Below, piece by piece: positions 15,001-21,240 of a stretch of DNA of 64,000 nt. This DNA is from a bacterium (GTDB lineage Bacteria > UBA10199 > 2-02-FULL-44-16 > JAAZCA01), in NCBI GenBank assembly GCA_963674695.2, contig CAXXGI010000002.1, positions 544,001 through 608,000 of the forward strand, read 5' to 3'. Made by a program: the position numbers and the translations under genes. Every line of letters begins with the position of its first letter. The first letter of the stretch is position 1. The notes beneath the pieces are model-generated. The model saw only the letters and a list, made by a program, of their open reading frames with translations, was not told the DNA's origin and did no database searches.

Positions 15001-18000
15001 ACGAGGGGCATGTCTGGAACGTCGATACCCAGAGCTGCGATCGCCTGAGCTGCAGCACCGAGGATCGCTGCCCGAGCGGCGGCACCTGCACGATCGAGAC
15101 GAGCCTGTGCGAAGGGGATGGAATCGAACCCTACGACTGCCTGCCCGACATGAGCTGCCCCGAGGGGTATCTCTGTGAAAACGGCGAGTGCCGTGGCGGC
15201 GGCGACGATCCGTGCGTGACCGACGAGGACTGCGCTGATGCCTTCACCTGTGTCGCCGGCGTCTGCAGCGAGTGCGATGCCAACGGCCAGTGTCCGAATG
15301 TGGCCTGCACATTGGCGACCGATTGCCCGGCGGGATTCGAGGCCGCGGTGCTTTCCTGTTCTGAGAGTGTCTGCAGCAACTGCGACACCCAAGGTGTCTG
15401 CATGCCGCAGCCGTTTGTCTGCGAGGCCAACCGCTGCGTTCCGACCGGCGGTGACAACGGCGATGAATGCGATACCGATGATGACTGCATCGAGCCGGGG
15501 CTCGTCTGCCGCGATGGTGTCTGCAGGCGTGACAATTTTGAATGCATCGATAACTGCGAATACGTCCCGGGCGCGAAGGTGGAGTTCGGCACGAATCCAG
15601 AGGATGCAACCGTCTGGACGCAGGATACGAAGGACGTTTGGCTTGCAAGCGGCGTTGATGCCGATCGCGGCAAATACACCAGCCACATCACGGCGCTCAC
15701 GCATCCGCTCAAAGTCGATGCCAAGGCGCAGGTGCGCGGGCGCAAGAGCGAGAGCCTCTATGACATCCTGACCGATCCGCTCGCGATCCTGACGGATTTT
15801 GCAGCGGAGCAGCCGAACGTGCGCCTCATCCTCAACCGGCGTGCGGTCTTTGAAGAGGTCGATTCGACCGCGGGGGCGAAGGGTCGGCGCATCAAGGCCT
15901 ATGCCTTCGTGCGCGATGCGCAGAATCGTCCGGCCGGTCCCGACCTGATGGACGTGAAGTTCCTCCTCGTCGATGGCGTGACGAACCTGGAGGTCGACGC
16001 TGCTGCTGTGAGCGGAATGCGCGGCCTCTACGGCGCGACGATAACGGCCCCACCGGGCGTCTTCGTCGCAGGCGAAGAGCATGAAGCCCAGGTGCAGGTG
16101 AAGGTGAACGGTGCTCCGATCTTAGCGAATGAGACCGATCCGTTGGCGGTTCCGATTGTGGTCCATCCCGATCCGGCGCGCGCGCAGCTGCTGGCGAACG
16201 TCGGCGACGTGCTCGTCGACCTGCCGCGGCGCGAGATCGTGGGCAGCGAGAGCTTTATCCTGCCGATCCTGGTCAACTCCGGAACGCAGGACCTGATGGG
16301 GATCGAGTTTACCCTCAGCTATGATCAGGCGCGTTTCGAGTTCCTCTCCGGCGGGCGTGGCGCCGGTGTCCCTGCAGGGGCATCGATCATCACGGATCCC
16401 GCAAATCCGGGGCAGGCAGACGGCAGCGTGCGGGTGAGCATCTTCGTTCCCGAGAGTGCCGGACGACGTGCCGGTGCAGCGCTTGAGGTCTTCCGGATGG
16501 CGTTTCGTCCGCGGGGCATCACCGGCCAGGGCGGCGATTTCCGTGCGAGCGTCACCGCGCTGCGCACGACCGGCGATTATCCGATCGGCCCCGACCGGGC
16601 GCGTGATGCGCAGGTCTTCTCGCGCGCAGGTCTCGGCGTTCAAGGGGATGTCGATGTGGTGGTGCGTGCGATCCAGGGGTTTGCGGCCTCTGCCGTGATG
16701 GATGATCTCAATGACTTCACCGCCATCGGCGGCCCTGCGGCGGCAACGCTGGTGCGCATGCCGATCGTATATAATGATGAGGCTGCGCCGATCGATGCAG
16801 CGGCAACCGCCAGCGCGGTGCTAACCCCACTGGGTTCCATGCAGACGATCGCCGCCGAGGGGCGCGTGCAGCTGCGTCCTGGGGCGATGCCGACGCCGAG
16901 CGATGGCGTGCGCGTCTCGTTCTCGGGTGCGGCCGGTTGCGCCGGCGGCACGAATGCTTGCAGCGCCATCACGATTCCGTTCACGGTTGCAAAACTCGCG
17001 ACCGATGCTCCGGAGACCTTCTTCGTCGAGCCGCGGGCACAGACCGTGACGCTCTCCGCCATCAGCGGGACGACGGCCTTCCGTCCGCTTTCCCTCCGGG
17101 CCGTCTGGAACCGCCCGATGGGCGACGCGGATTCGGTGCCGTTCGATGTGACGCACATGCTCACCTGCTCGAGCGATTCGGGCCAGATGATCCCCCCGAT
17201 CGCCTCGATGCCCTGTTACTTCACGGCGCAGTCGACGGGAAACTTCGAGGTGACGATTCGCGGCGGCGATTTCGCCAAGACGTTCAACGTCGAGGTCATT
17301 GCATCGGCCGATCCGGTCAGCGAGATCTTCGTCGCCGTCCCCGGCATCTTCAACCCACAGCCTGAAGGGTTGGTGGGTGCAGTGAATGAACAGGGCGTGG
17401 CGCCGGCCGAGGCCCTGCTCACCAACCGCCTCAAGAAGATCGGTTCGCGCGCACCGGTTGCGGTCTGGGCGCACATCAAGGAGGAGTGGAGCTTGGTGAC
17501 GCCGCTCGTCGCGGCGGATAGTCTGACGGTCACGCAGGGCGACGGTTCGGTCCTCACCCTCGATCCGCAAACCGGCGAGGTGATCGTCCAGGGTCCGGGG
17601 CAGGCGATCGTCACGGCGAGCTTTGGCGAGATGGCTGATGGCAGCCCCGCCCGAGGAACCGGAACGGTCGATGTCCTCTTCGACGGCGTGGGCGAGGTGA
17701 GCGTCGGCGTGCCGACGATGCTGGCGCGCTCGCAAGGTGATCTGGCACAACGCGTCCTTGGTCTCCCGACCTCAAACACGATGCAGGTCGATGTGAACTG
17801 GGGGGCGAACGGGAGCCTACGCAATGTCCAGGGGCAGGAATGGGTGACGTTTGAAAACCTCGACGGCGCATCCGAGCAGGTGATCACGGTCAATGTCGAC
17901 GGGAAATACAGCGTGCGCGAGGATTTTCCGACGGGGCTCAATCTTCAGGATCCGAACGACTGGTGCGATGACATCCAGGTCACGCTCACCGGTCGCGGCG

Positions 18001-21000
18001 AGATGGACGGGGCTGCGGGTGAGAACGCCCAGGTCATCACCGACGGAAACGGCGACAACATCGGCGTGACGATCACCGAGCGCGTCTGCGTGGTGACCCT
18101 CGAGTCGCTCGGTGTCGCTACGAACGAGGACTTCGCCGCACGAAGCGACGATCCGCAGGCGTATCAGGGAACAGTTGCCGACAGTCTCTTCACGCCGATC
18201 TTCACGGCGAGCGATGGATCGATCTTCTATCAGCGCGCTCGTGTGGTCGTGACGGCGAACTGGACGGGTGGGCAGGATGCCGTGCGGCTCACGCCCACAA
18301 ATGCGGTCGTCAATGCGGTGCTCGGCGTGGATTCCGGTTTGGGATCGGTCGATGTCGGCGACGCCATCTATCGATTTGTGCCGAGTGGGACGACGGGGAT
18401 CGGAAACGTCCGAGCCAATGTACCCAAACAGGTTGCGCCCGACTTTGACGACCTCATCTATATCGATGCGATCTTCGGCGAACACCCGATCGAGGTGAAG
18501 GCCGATCCTGCGGGCGATGGAACGATGGCGCAGGTCGAGATCCTCGGCTGGCGCGTCGAGCGCACGCAGGGCTATACGCCCGCGCGGACGTCAGCGGGGG
18601 TGGATAGCAGCAACGTGCCGATCGCGTTTGCCGGGACGATCGGTGCCGGCGGTGCGGTGGCAAAGGATGCCGTTCGCCTGCGCCTGGTCGGAACGATGGC
18701 TGATGGCACCCGCTATGTGGTCGTGGCCCCCGAGGCCGAAGGGAACGGCCAGACGGTTCTTGCCGGTGGCGAAGAACTCCTGACGATCGGTGCGCCGGTG
18801 GCGGTGAAGCTCCCCAATGGCGCGGTCTATGATCCCGTGCTCGCGATGAACGCGGGGACGTATACGCTGTTGGGCGTTTTGCTCTACAATCCCTCGACGA
18901 CCAATCCCTCGTATAACGGTGTCATTCGCCTGCCCATCGCGCTCTCCGATGGCAGCGACCCAAGCGGTGGCCCGATCAACGGGAACCTCGCCGTCAATCC
19001 ACAGCCGGGTATTGCCGATGCGATCACGGAGCCCGATATCGATATCGTCTATGATCAGAATGGGAACGGGCGCACCGATGCCAGCGATCTGCGCGGGCGC
19101 TTCATACCCGTGTTGCCGGAGAGCCAGACGCTGCACAAGATGATCGTGCGCGTGAACCCTGGGCAGGGTAGATCCCTGGGCGATTATCTCGCCACGCTTA
19201 CCTATGACGATCGCGTTCTGCACGTTACGGATGTGACCCTCGCACCGGCGGCGGCGTCGCGTTCGAGTATCTTCAATGTGAAGCCGGTGGAGGGGATTAC
19301 GGCCGACGGTCCGTCCAAGAGCGGTCACATCAAGATCGTCGGGACCTTTAAGGAGAATGCGCGCCCGACCGGGACGATCGACGCGGCGGTGGTCACCTTC
19401 CAGATGAAGAAAGCGACGGACATCACCCTCTTCGACGGTTTCCTCCAGGATGCCAGCGTCTATGTGGGCGGGCAGAAGCAGACGGTGACGTATGCCGACA
19501 TCTTCAGCCTCGATGGCGTCGATCTCACCGTGCGGCAGATGATTGCGGGACGGGGACTCATCGATCCCCCGATGCCAAAGCGCGGCGATGTCGATGGCGA
19601 CAACAAGTATCTCCCCAGTGATTTCACGGCGGCACAGGCCGCGTCGATGGGGACAGCGTTGGGGACGAACGAATTCTTCGAGGCCGACACCAATCACGAC
19701 ACGGTGGTCACCCTCGGCGATGTCGAACGCCTGGCGCAGGGGATCATCGGCAACTTCTACTTCATGGAGGTCGATGCGCCGCAGCAGGGCTTCGGCTTCG
19801 CGCAGGTCGTCGTCTCACTCGGCAATAGCTCGAGCACGAACCAGATCCTCGTCGTCGACGAGGAGATTCAGAGGGGCGCCGAGGTGCGCGTCGGAATCAG
19901 GACGCTCGAAGCGGGCGATATCAATGCCCTGCAGATCACCGATGCGAACGGAAATCCGCTCCCAATCGATGTGGATGGTCGCGCGACGGCCGTGCAAATC
20001 GAGGAGAACGGGGAAAAGACCGGACGCTTTGCGGTCTGGGTGCGCAACATCCCCGGCGAGCAAAACGCCCTCGGCCTCGATGTCACCTTGCAGGTGAACG
20101 ATCCCGCGAGCGGTGAGCCGACCGCACCGCTGTCGCAGCCGATCCTCTTCATCGATCCGGCGATCAGTGTCTTGGGCGATGGGAGCCTCATCTGCTACGA
20201 CTGGCAGGTCTATGACGCGACAAGCGAGCTCTGCGTCCCGATGTGTCCGGAGGGGCAGTCGTGGAACGCGGATGAGGCGCAGTGCTATCCCGCGCCGTGT
20301 GCGCTCAACCAGGAACTCGTCGGTCAGGAATGCGTTACGCGCTGTACGGGCCAGAACGAGCGCTACACGCTCGAGGGCGATTGCGTCTGCACCTATGAGT
20401 ATGCGCGCGATCCGGAGCTGGATATCTGCGTGAGTGATTGCGGTGAGGGCAAGTGGCTCGCCGGCGGTGGCGACACCTGCTGCCCGATCGGTGAAGTGGC
20501 CGTCTTCGACTTCACGGTCGAAGAGAAGGTCTGTGCCTCCTGTGCCGATGCGCAGCAGCCCAACACGCCGGATCGCACGGAATGTACCTGTGAAAACGAT
20601 GCGCCGACCGAATACCGCATCGACCGGACCTTCAGCAATTCGCATTGCTGTGCGGACGGGACCTACTGGAGCGAGCGCGGTGGCGAGTGCCTGACCGCGG
20701 GCGAGTGCGCCGGCGGCGAGGTCTTCTGCCAGGCCTACGATATCTGCATCACCTATGAGGGATGTCAGCTCGATCAGGTCTACTGCGCGGTCAGTTGCCT
20801 CTGTATGTCGCGTCCGGTCTGTGCCGATGGGGAGGTCTACGACTTCCAGCGCTGCGCCTGTCGTGTGCCGCCGGAGTGCCCCGAGGGACAGCAGTTCGAT
20901 CCGGTGCGCAGCCTCTGTCGTGAAATTCCGGAATGTCTAGTGGGCGAGGTCTTCGATTTCGTGGCGGATGCCTGCATCGTGCCGCCGGAGTGCGGGCCGG

Positions 21001-21167
21001 GTGAAGTCTACGACCCGACCATCGGCGACTGCGCGCTCTCGTCGAGCCCGCCATCAGCGACGCCGGAATCACCTCTCAGTGGCGGACCGCTCCTGGAAGG
21101 CCCGGGTCTGCCAAACTGGGGTATGGGTGGTGGTGGCGGATGTTCATGCCAGATGTGCCATGAGTGA
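3..21167 (+). CDS. Giant multi-module surface protein (cohesin-like, Ig-like, dockerin-like and Cys-rich repeats), 5'-partial
   Basis: 7047-aa ORF from 24; the frame is open back to position 3 (HLSVPEG before the GTG), so the start lies outside the window. Four recurring modules with dockerin-like loops (GDANKDGLIDLSD, GDVNEDGVFSGSD, GNVNEDEAGVFNGFD, GDVDGDNKYLPSD), cohesin-like V.VN...L......L.YD segments and acidic Cys-rich blocks. Confidence 0.9.
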   Translation, partial: HLSVPEGVRSDVIALRYDGADLGSIAIDQERRQRIARVLVGSAGSMTMPNPASDGFTIPASVSLSNEFQVQGHEGPVAVWLVYTDGQQAEVTHEAELVIKDGDQSELNPFRLDAENKRVTVSENGWAAVRARLDGGMGFGMLVGNLGEASLVVKVGDTVVGVDSTVDLARSQSDLAHAAAGIPYELPITVSTCYGTNCSGGGSNVTTVATYDVQSGGEIARVDASGDARLLRINESSFVDQQLAAGGEGACQVVTVSVGGFESVDFTVCGRTMQAAAVQFTEDFDPNANYPEAFRPIAVGEREPTSGPSRAITGETRVFDDAFGLVQAPTGFQRGRAKVWGRFETFDNANLWKNLLDHLTDRELILNGSEAITFGQKVGTAADAYRVITPQGECPSCSVALKLEDNAKVARIFDDAGAFSVSTTNEAVDRLALFGASANIRNHLGTSFGQGAMEETFDGSLGAVKGTAGSMRVLARTAGDDSRFIAVEGPAQRYADLVTVAMQRQPLPADASSATARAFSASWAAEPVCAGSGMQEICESRSGELNAQQNGAVGLAAKLTDDDTMTSEPYALAVNLLPAYRDVDVGGYEDYVQQPGRFIRALNAGDQQPIDVLINIGAGNELCTYQMMLQWLPGALFSYVTGSGEEFLGSPVGAGGITPQPGADPKVVKIGGTNPNGCIAADPTTGLVRVARFVLEAASGGTAELSGSLELLQGRASGSGGEITDLCAASGDCSAFTPVAPHVIVAGAGFIDPAMGAACSRPDDWPCDESLCVQGRCAGQPDGVPFIFDTATDASYFRGDANKDGLIDLSDSSAVLLNPDAITPVAVGDLTYDGTVTDYDGVKIAQTFLGRSFIPYARQAQDIDGKRRISVLLKGVDAAATPNVEDATVSMRFPDGAVTIPEEVSCEDGFCQATNTSGSIFSIDVTPTDPTASIAYDLRVQVYDSGEDLVFAETYRGFMTSCTTDAQCASGQVCDPSGICVDSCLDAEGDADDMRCAASVACAVGSCTEETGVCSYDYNDADCDDGNDCTSDTCDAIDGCTYASVPIGSACDEDAGICVADDFCQRFCSAENPCPEGQECVNGSCVPPLNCQTIDDASCDALDDGLCLAGACDVEAGTCEATPVANETACGAQGRCVDGVCETGCDDDDQCPRGHCDDETGQCVAGCEAPTPFECPNGVCAADADSCPCADSADCDDGDLCTTDTCVSGTCSMTPKDCAADLDLTSTDCQEAICAPQTGACEARSANIGGICEENGHCVPTGDGSCLVCAENEVWNEAQAACVSGESCTDQGGYVPTGTSLCCMANEFYDAQNGACVSCADTLIWIDDVNACACPDESRRQGEAQSYACCAVGLRWNGSTCEEIPEAELDVIGANIAFGTVPEGFADWTHDTFDMGLMGGTPGQYTSNLVGMQSPGAGSVDAKAMGALWMQPEGVSFASDSRAVVVAGEPAGARIVVSRDRLWRDQRAVQPPEDERTDFTNQLYNALAAEDQNARALTVMTIVTDADGRPVDAPGLVINGASATKRTNSTGIYSRTFSPTDGFQPGVDSASQGIKVEAGNRTLAATDVSLAETAVSVDANLLPGQAVIDLPRNAIFMPTSGEQQFTVPVRVNTTGDDNQTHIISSYKLEIDFNASAFSVVSVKPGMYGAHLGIGWDVVGDRLTIGGGYQPKPDRNPEPKGTNAEFFRITFALKAGVPAGAVECITGGTVKELIAGYKIGEQWLVPQGAGRGIVVRSRENAWQATGAITAVDGSQVQGFVAELADDRWLDTSHFTRGSLPESMLTIIGMGRDGKMKSVDADATEVTFEPADAGFAYDASSRLVKLARSAASIAAAAVVTVTSAICSADVACADMTLPVDVVGVTPAALEIKAPDVVGKIADNIYLPAQVRALWPNDTLENPPFGEAQLDVTRLVDCKADGISITDCIVRPEQAGEIDVQVVGCDGGNCGAPHAITVRDETIPPTIHVAVPATVAFNEETLQLPANILDTGVAPTTAKATSAFGALEAAAPLTVVASLGGEHVDVTGLSEISISTGNSVEAGETGGVKVVRSVAPGATTVKAEFAGNVGSALVSVDPGDALPPIIRVVDGDTELLPNREQNDDGVWRHALARSDDDLSALIPICTRVRETDEGLQRSNVNCSPTADFRVYASYSDDPARLYDVTLSANYAIEVADGSEQVITWSKDAEAGLLHIEGLGEAPGINRILVNAPGAPQAVLEIARLTLASTEVRVFEDFTIEGWYPPTIAREAVADDELTFIESVPFYQRGRARVAGIWSDGTRTDFISNYQAARDLLTVTSSDEVTAAIAPDENFYRVTPADEPVSGSIDIEADLTDGILEGYFDPEPKEIFITPTAVDVEDVVLTTEGAPSARNADDNAPIDGFEGTVSAAKGDRVVRRAVIRMADGTRFVSTNEDGTQIVAKGNVRLLGFGPAIENFFPVDPNEDENYRDLLMSLLGAQNFAQIVNGTQASAKIASPAESALNVNANGAIDLPVTIAANAGAPLAEDAVGHTLAINLLPNVGDVDLGAKKGLAFPVVQAGEELAADVRINVSGSQGLSFFNVWIAYDPNVLVCTSVANAMPGALNLADTCNAPQPTADGRVMLNLNGPITSGTLPTGSDVHVATVTFTAQADKGVGLVDGFTLEMIERSDTTIGDAIVPNGKRAFVAGKALADPTRLGDVNEDGVFSGSDVTGIYLYHLNPQQNPLGNVEASDVEVDGTFITNDAFRAQQVFGRVFGFVSAGGEQVTPDRANLLFRILGETYEPLNDEQMRLLVRVPFEADAYRVAGGMCDDDANPCPIDFTCAEASPRTCEAAGQGGFFIATHRADGSFVLPLEKAEGAAAFENVVIPEINATFLYLAGGARANTVPMTFMNVMLLGQGCDNDDQCQDDQICNAFGTCEDPGECSSDAMCALDETCNDERICVPRCAANEYWDGTQCQTGGGCDDTHPCDDDLICDIATGECRPQCSVDADCEPYGADLLCVNGICEDPISCTDDCSILDDACNDGACVGNICERAPARDGEACDDNDPATIDDLCAAGVCAGTPQSCGPQNPCPTGLICNDSGVCEEPINACNEGQSCDDNDVCTGPDVCNDSTSLCERPPLTGNACSLADGTGGICSNGVCIGGGDCASNEECIAANPLLPFCEEEHCVSCPEGEIWDPYAANAAGACVAEENCAASGRIAREGDGFCVCPDDKPVWDGAQCSGGNPEDYLSPVEGVRIDFGATANRGLWNEASTWNSADEDYSGEVLAVSAPGGEAVDFTATLMRMNGTPFAQAIQASEDFDPATPYAIKLFLTREAIFEDARIRDANKSHSVSAFAFVTDARGRPVNADAGVQFRIGSDTWSPGVNGKYSGVDGLYATTLEVNATENTMISARFWDVGFPEASKDVAYQADPDVTDLATVGDMVLELPRRPIFPGQDFWTTIVANTNVTDSQDQLIHAIKVKVIYDAASYEYRAVDRANNGKQFGTVNAGVNDLDAGRKEITLFATFDSNSGSAAPMLADRAELLDLNFKFIGGNPGTIEVKPVELLYKKDGTFKNIVDLNANPATSIYPASGLNVATDDVVGFAAAIADTDWVDRSGIGGTADPRTIDAHLIRAYTFVDEALTVQVQAPAPFVADGKSVSLSDAAPAFSKGTITVSSSDLGNVSYPIELSADRIFRASCALTFEGFNPPFVLGRVTQTSFQRAQGRVLCKDGDRVVYDLTHEVQCQKVSGDANVHNELLASRCLVAPTSLGELRIQAVRDEAPVGEVIEFKVSSDQVAVDELLIGVAGSVTAPKKPDEIKLAVSGIQGADTARAVSASAFNRFTAMENGPIVVLARYAGGTTADTTADVTDLVLDSLSFMGGAVAPVEEGGARKPEVRVLEPGITTITGSYAGKEGKGHAIVAFPGEPKVHVAPTGTVLLSPSNDDWAKKLGNIPTEQAMVVDVFYGDDHANADAIYAKAAVATYTNGTPEAERVVEVVGGVVRPIAGRGMGSDEICITVPGFDFAPTCVKFTVTGIDGLEVKTYEDFDPKDTYPEGFKPAAGDKPQVEQNAFGFVEGIDVYQQGRLRVQGHWYHNDTWIWLTDITNFSKLDSSLLLETTVGGTMRTDVVGIAPAPATGRDYFGLTPLMPAEARIVARPAAGASTAGIAGVRIITIADDPVDIDLLEILSTSFSTAGAGVSRKSVSDTLIGGGATAFAGTIGGERASSRSLTVGGRFANGGARATLVANGVQQVSDEGAPLVTMGMNATGYENRNAATSVGENGTIVAGIHDNGAVMVTLDLNRDTASAFAATARPYAINLTPKVGDVDVGEITGRFVPVLTGSHEVELRINAGNLHLNNYEITVTYDRRVIDVAGGAGNYAITNLLANDSNITGQEFNAKVEVADAPPDDTTGRINLFWTVTAGTSPTGVIPVAKITFAPATSKSSGDSITNLSGIIFAISGKADMGGTSTPIGGTNERTFDAGTGLVDPPTGNVNEDEAGVFNGFDTARMREYMVETIGADDLDLSEADFDYSHEVRGADATVEAGDIAGSDVVQAEQLLVGNYYFIEPVIAQVNGLSAKLSVVFRDKKREPVTASIRPEIAVAAPAGAALFQDESLLQPLVAGEAGYEILVKPTTGRDAFTAWMQLPAGSTETTFTVRLFVLDQNNASIVLNDSTATFMRALAPSCQSGADCEEGLSCVDGACIDDCLDDGDCDGLLCDTDTGVCIDPNECTTDEDCPDTEYNDRYCDQQTNQCAACLGGYHWDGNSCEAGEECDDENPCDEGFICADGECRPQCNFSIDCPDLNQICVDGACIVPECDEGYAWDGMSCICVADSCGGNECLPPRLLDAMSVCACPGEMLYDPSDATCIDADECLEPRAADPASGICTCADGLLWTGTECVDEDEVECGMGAHYDDVARACACDSGQQEMDEIGDCVDRCDDDDFWDAVAQACVEWECAEPLRNWWDPPACCAQYTAYNPEYDAETMPVEDQCTGEGEGCENDTDRQIPNTDLCCALDAIYDDVVGSCMDRCDEGHVWNVDTQSCDRLSCSTEDRCPSGGTCTIETSLCEGDGIEPYDCLPDMSCPEGYLCENGECRGGGDDPCVTDEDCADAFTCVAGVCSECDANGQCPNVACTLATDCPAGFEAAVLSCSESVCSNCDTQGVCMPQPFVCEANRCVPTGGDNGDECDTDDDCIEPGLVCRDGVCRRDNFECIDNCEYVPGAKVEFGTNPEDATVWTQDTKDVWLASGVDADRGKYTSHITALTHPLKVDAKAQVRGRKSESLYDILTDPLAILTDFAAEQPNVRLILNRRAVFEEVDSTAGAKGRRIKAYAFVRDAQNRPAGPDLMDVKFLLVDGVTNLEVDAAAVSGMRGLYGATITAPPGVFVAGEEHEAQVQVKVNGAPILANETDPLAVPIVVHPDPARAQLLANVGDVLVDLPRREIVGSESFILPILVNSGTQDLMGIEFTLSYDQARFEFLSGGRGAGVPAGASIITDPANPGQADGSVRVSIFVPESAGRRAGAALEVFRMAFRPRGITGQGGDFRASVTALRTTGDYPIGPDRARDAQVFSRAGLGVQGDVDVVVRAIQGFAASAVMDDLNDFTAIGGPAAATLVRMPIVYNDEAAPIDAAATASAVLTPLGSMQTIAAEGRVQLRPGAMPTPSDGVRVSFSGAAGCAGGTNACSAITIPFTVAKLATDAPETFFVEPRAQTVTLSAISGTTAFRPLSLRAVWNRPMGDADSVPFDVTHMLTCSSDSGQMIPPIASMPCYFTAQSTGNFEVTIRGGDFAKTFNVEVIASADPVSEIFVAVPGIFNPQPEGLVGAVNEQGVAPAEALLTNRLKKIGSRAPVAVWAHIKEEWSLVTPLVAADSLTVTQGDGSVLTLDPQTGEVIVQGPGQAIVTASFGEMADGSPARGTGTVDVLFDGVGEVSVGVPTMLARSQGDLAQRVLGLPTSNTMQVDVNWGANGSLRNVQGQEWVTFENLDGASEQVITVNVDGKYSVREDFPTGLNLQDPNDWCDDIQVTLTGRGEMDGAAGENAQVITDGNGDNIGVTITERVCVVTLESLGVATNEDFAARSDDPQAYQGTVADSLFTPIFTASDGSIFYQRARVVVTANWTGGQDAVRLTPTNAVVNAVLGVDSGLGSVDVGDAIYRFVPSGTTGIGNVRANVPKQVAPDFDDLIYIDAIFGEHPIEVKADPAGDGTMAQVEILGWRVERTQGYTPARTSAGVDSSNVPIAFAGTIGAGGAVAKDAVRLRLVGTMADGTRYVVVAPEAEGNGQTVLAGGEELLTIGAPVAVKLPNGAVYDPVLAMNAGTYTLLGVLLYNPSTTNPSYNGVIRLPIALSDGSDPSGGPINGNLAVNPQPGIADAITEPDIDIVYDQNGNGRTDASDLRGRFIPVLPESQTLHKMIVRVNPGQGRSLGDYLATLTYDDRVLHVTDVTLAPAAASRSSIFNVKPVEGITADGPSKSGHIKIVGTFKENARPTGTIDAAVVTFQMKKATDITLFDGFLQDASVYVGGQKQTVTYADIFSLDGVDLTVRQMIAGRGLIDPPMPKRGDVDGDNKYLPSDFTAAQAASMGTALGTNEFFEADTNHDTVVTLGDVERLAQGIIGNFYFMEVDAPQQGFGFAQVVVSLGNSSSTNQILVVDEEIQRGAEVRVGIRTLEAGDINALQITDANGNPLPIDVDGRATAVQIEENGEKTGRFAVWVRNIPGEQNALGLDVTLQVNDPASGEPTAPLSQPILFIDPAISVLGDGSLICYDWQVYDATSELCVPMCPEGQSWNADEAQCYPAPCALNQELVGQECVTRCTGQNERYTLEGDCVCTYEYARDPELDICVSDCGEGKWLAGGGDTCCPIGEVAVFDFTVEEKVCASCADAQQPNTPDRTECTCENDAPTEYRIDRTFSNSHCCADGTYWSERGGECLTAGECAGGEVFCQAYDICITYEGCQLDQVYCAVSCLCMSRPVCADGEVYDFQRCACRVPPECPEGQQFDPVRSLCREIPECLVGEVFDFVADACIVPPECGPGEVYDPTIGDCALSSSPPSATPESPLSGGPLLEGPGLPNWGMGGGGGCSCQMCHE
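4110..21040 (+). repeat. Three complete ~5.5-5.9 kb protein-level modules (starts ~4110, ~9640, ~15560); a partial fourth lies at 3-4100
   Basis: Motifs recur in the same order: (I/V).FG(T/A), (T/R)DA..RP, LPR..I, EDF, YQ(R/Q)(G/A)R.(R/V)V, F.GT, (I/V)N..P, dockerin-like pair, Cys-rich block. Divergent at the DNA level. Confidence 0.85.
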
Positions 21168-21240
21168 ACGGTGAACGGTGAACGGCATAGTATATCATAT
21201 TTGCTGTTTACGGTTTACCGCTTACTGTTCACCGTTTACG
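21164..21240. repeat. Inverted arrays of heptamer repeats (GTGAACG x3 / CGTTYAC-like) between convergent genes
   Basis: gtgaacggtgaacggtgaacgg ... gtttacggtttaccgcttactgttcaccgtttacg. Contains the stop codons of both flanking genes; may act as a bidirectional terminator. Confidence 0.8.

Noticed and set aside
13989-16082. Long antisense and alternative-frame ORFs within the giant gene (e.g. 697 aa and 497 aa)
   Set aside because: Shadow ORFs expected in GC-rich coding DNA; no motifs and fully overlapped by a coherent gene.
21147-21164. Calling the giant protein a c-type cytochrome
   Set aside because: A single terminal CxxCH in a very Cys-rich protein is insufficient; kept only as a hypothesis.
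3-21167. Cellulosome scaffoldin
   Set aside because: No recognisable CBM3 or glycoside hydrolase in or near the gene; dockerin-like and Cys-rich blocks in every module do not fit a classical scaffoldin.
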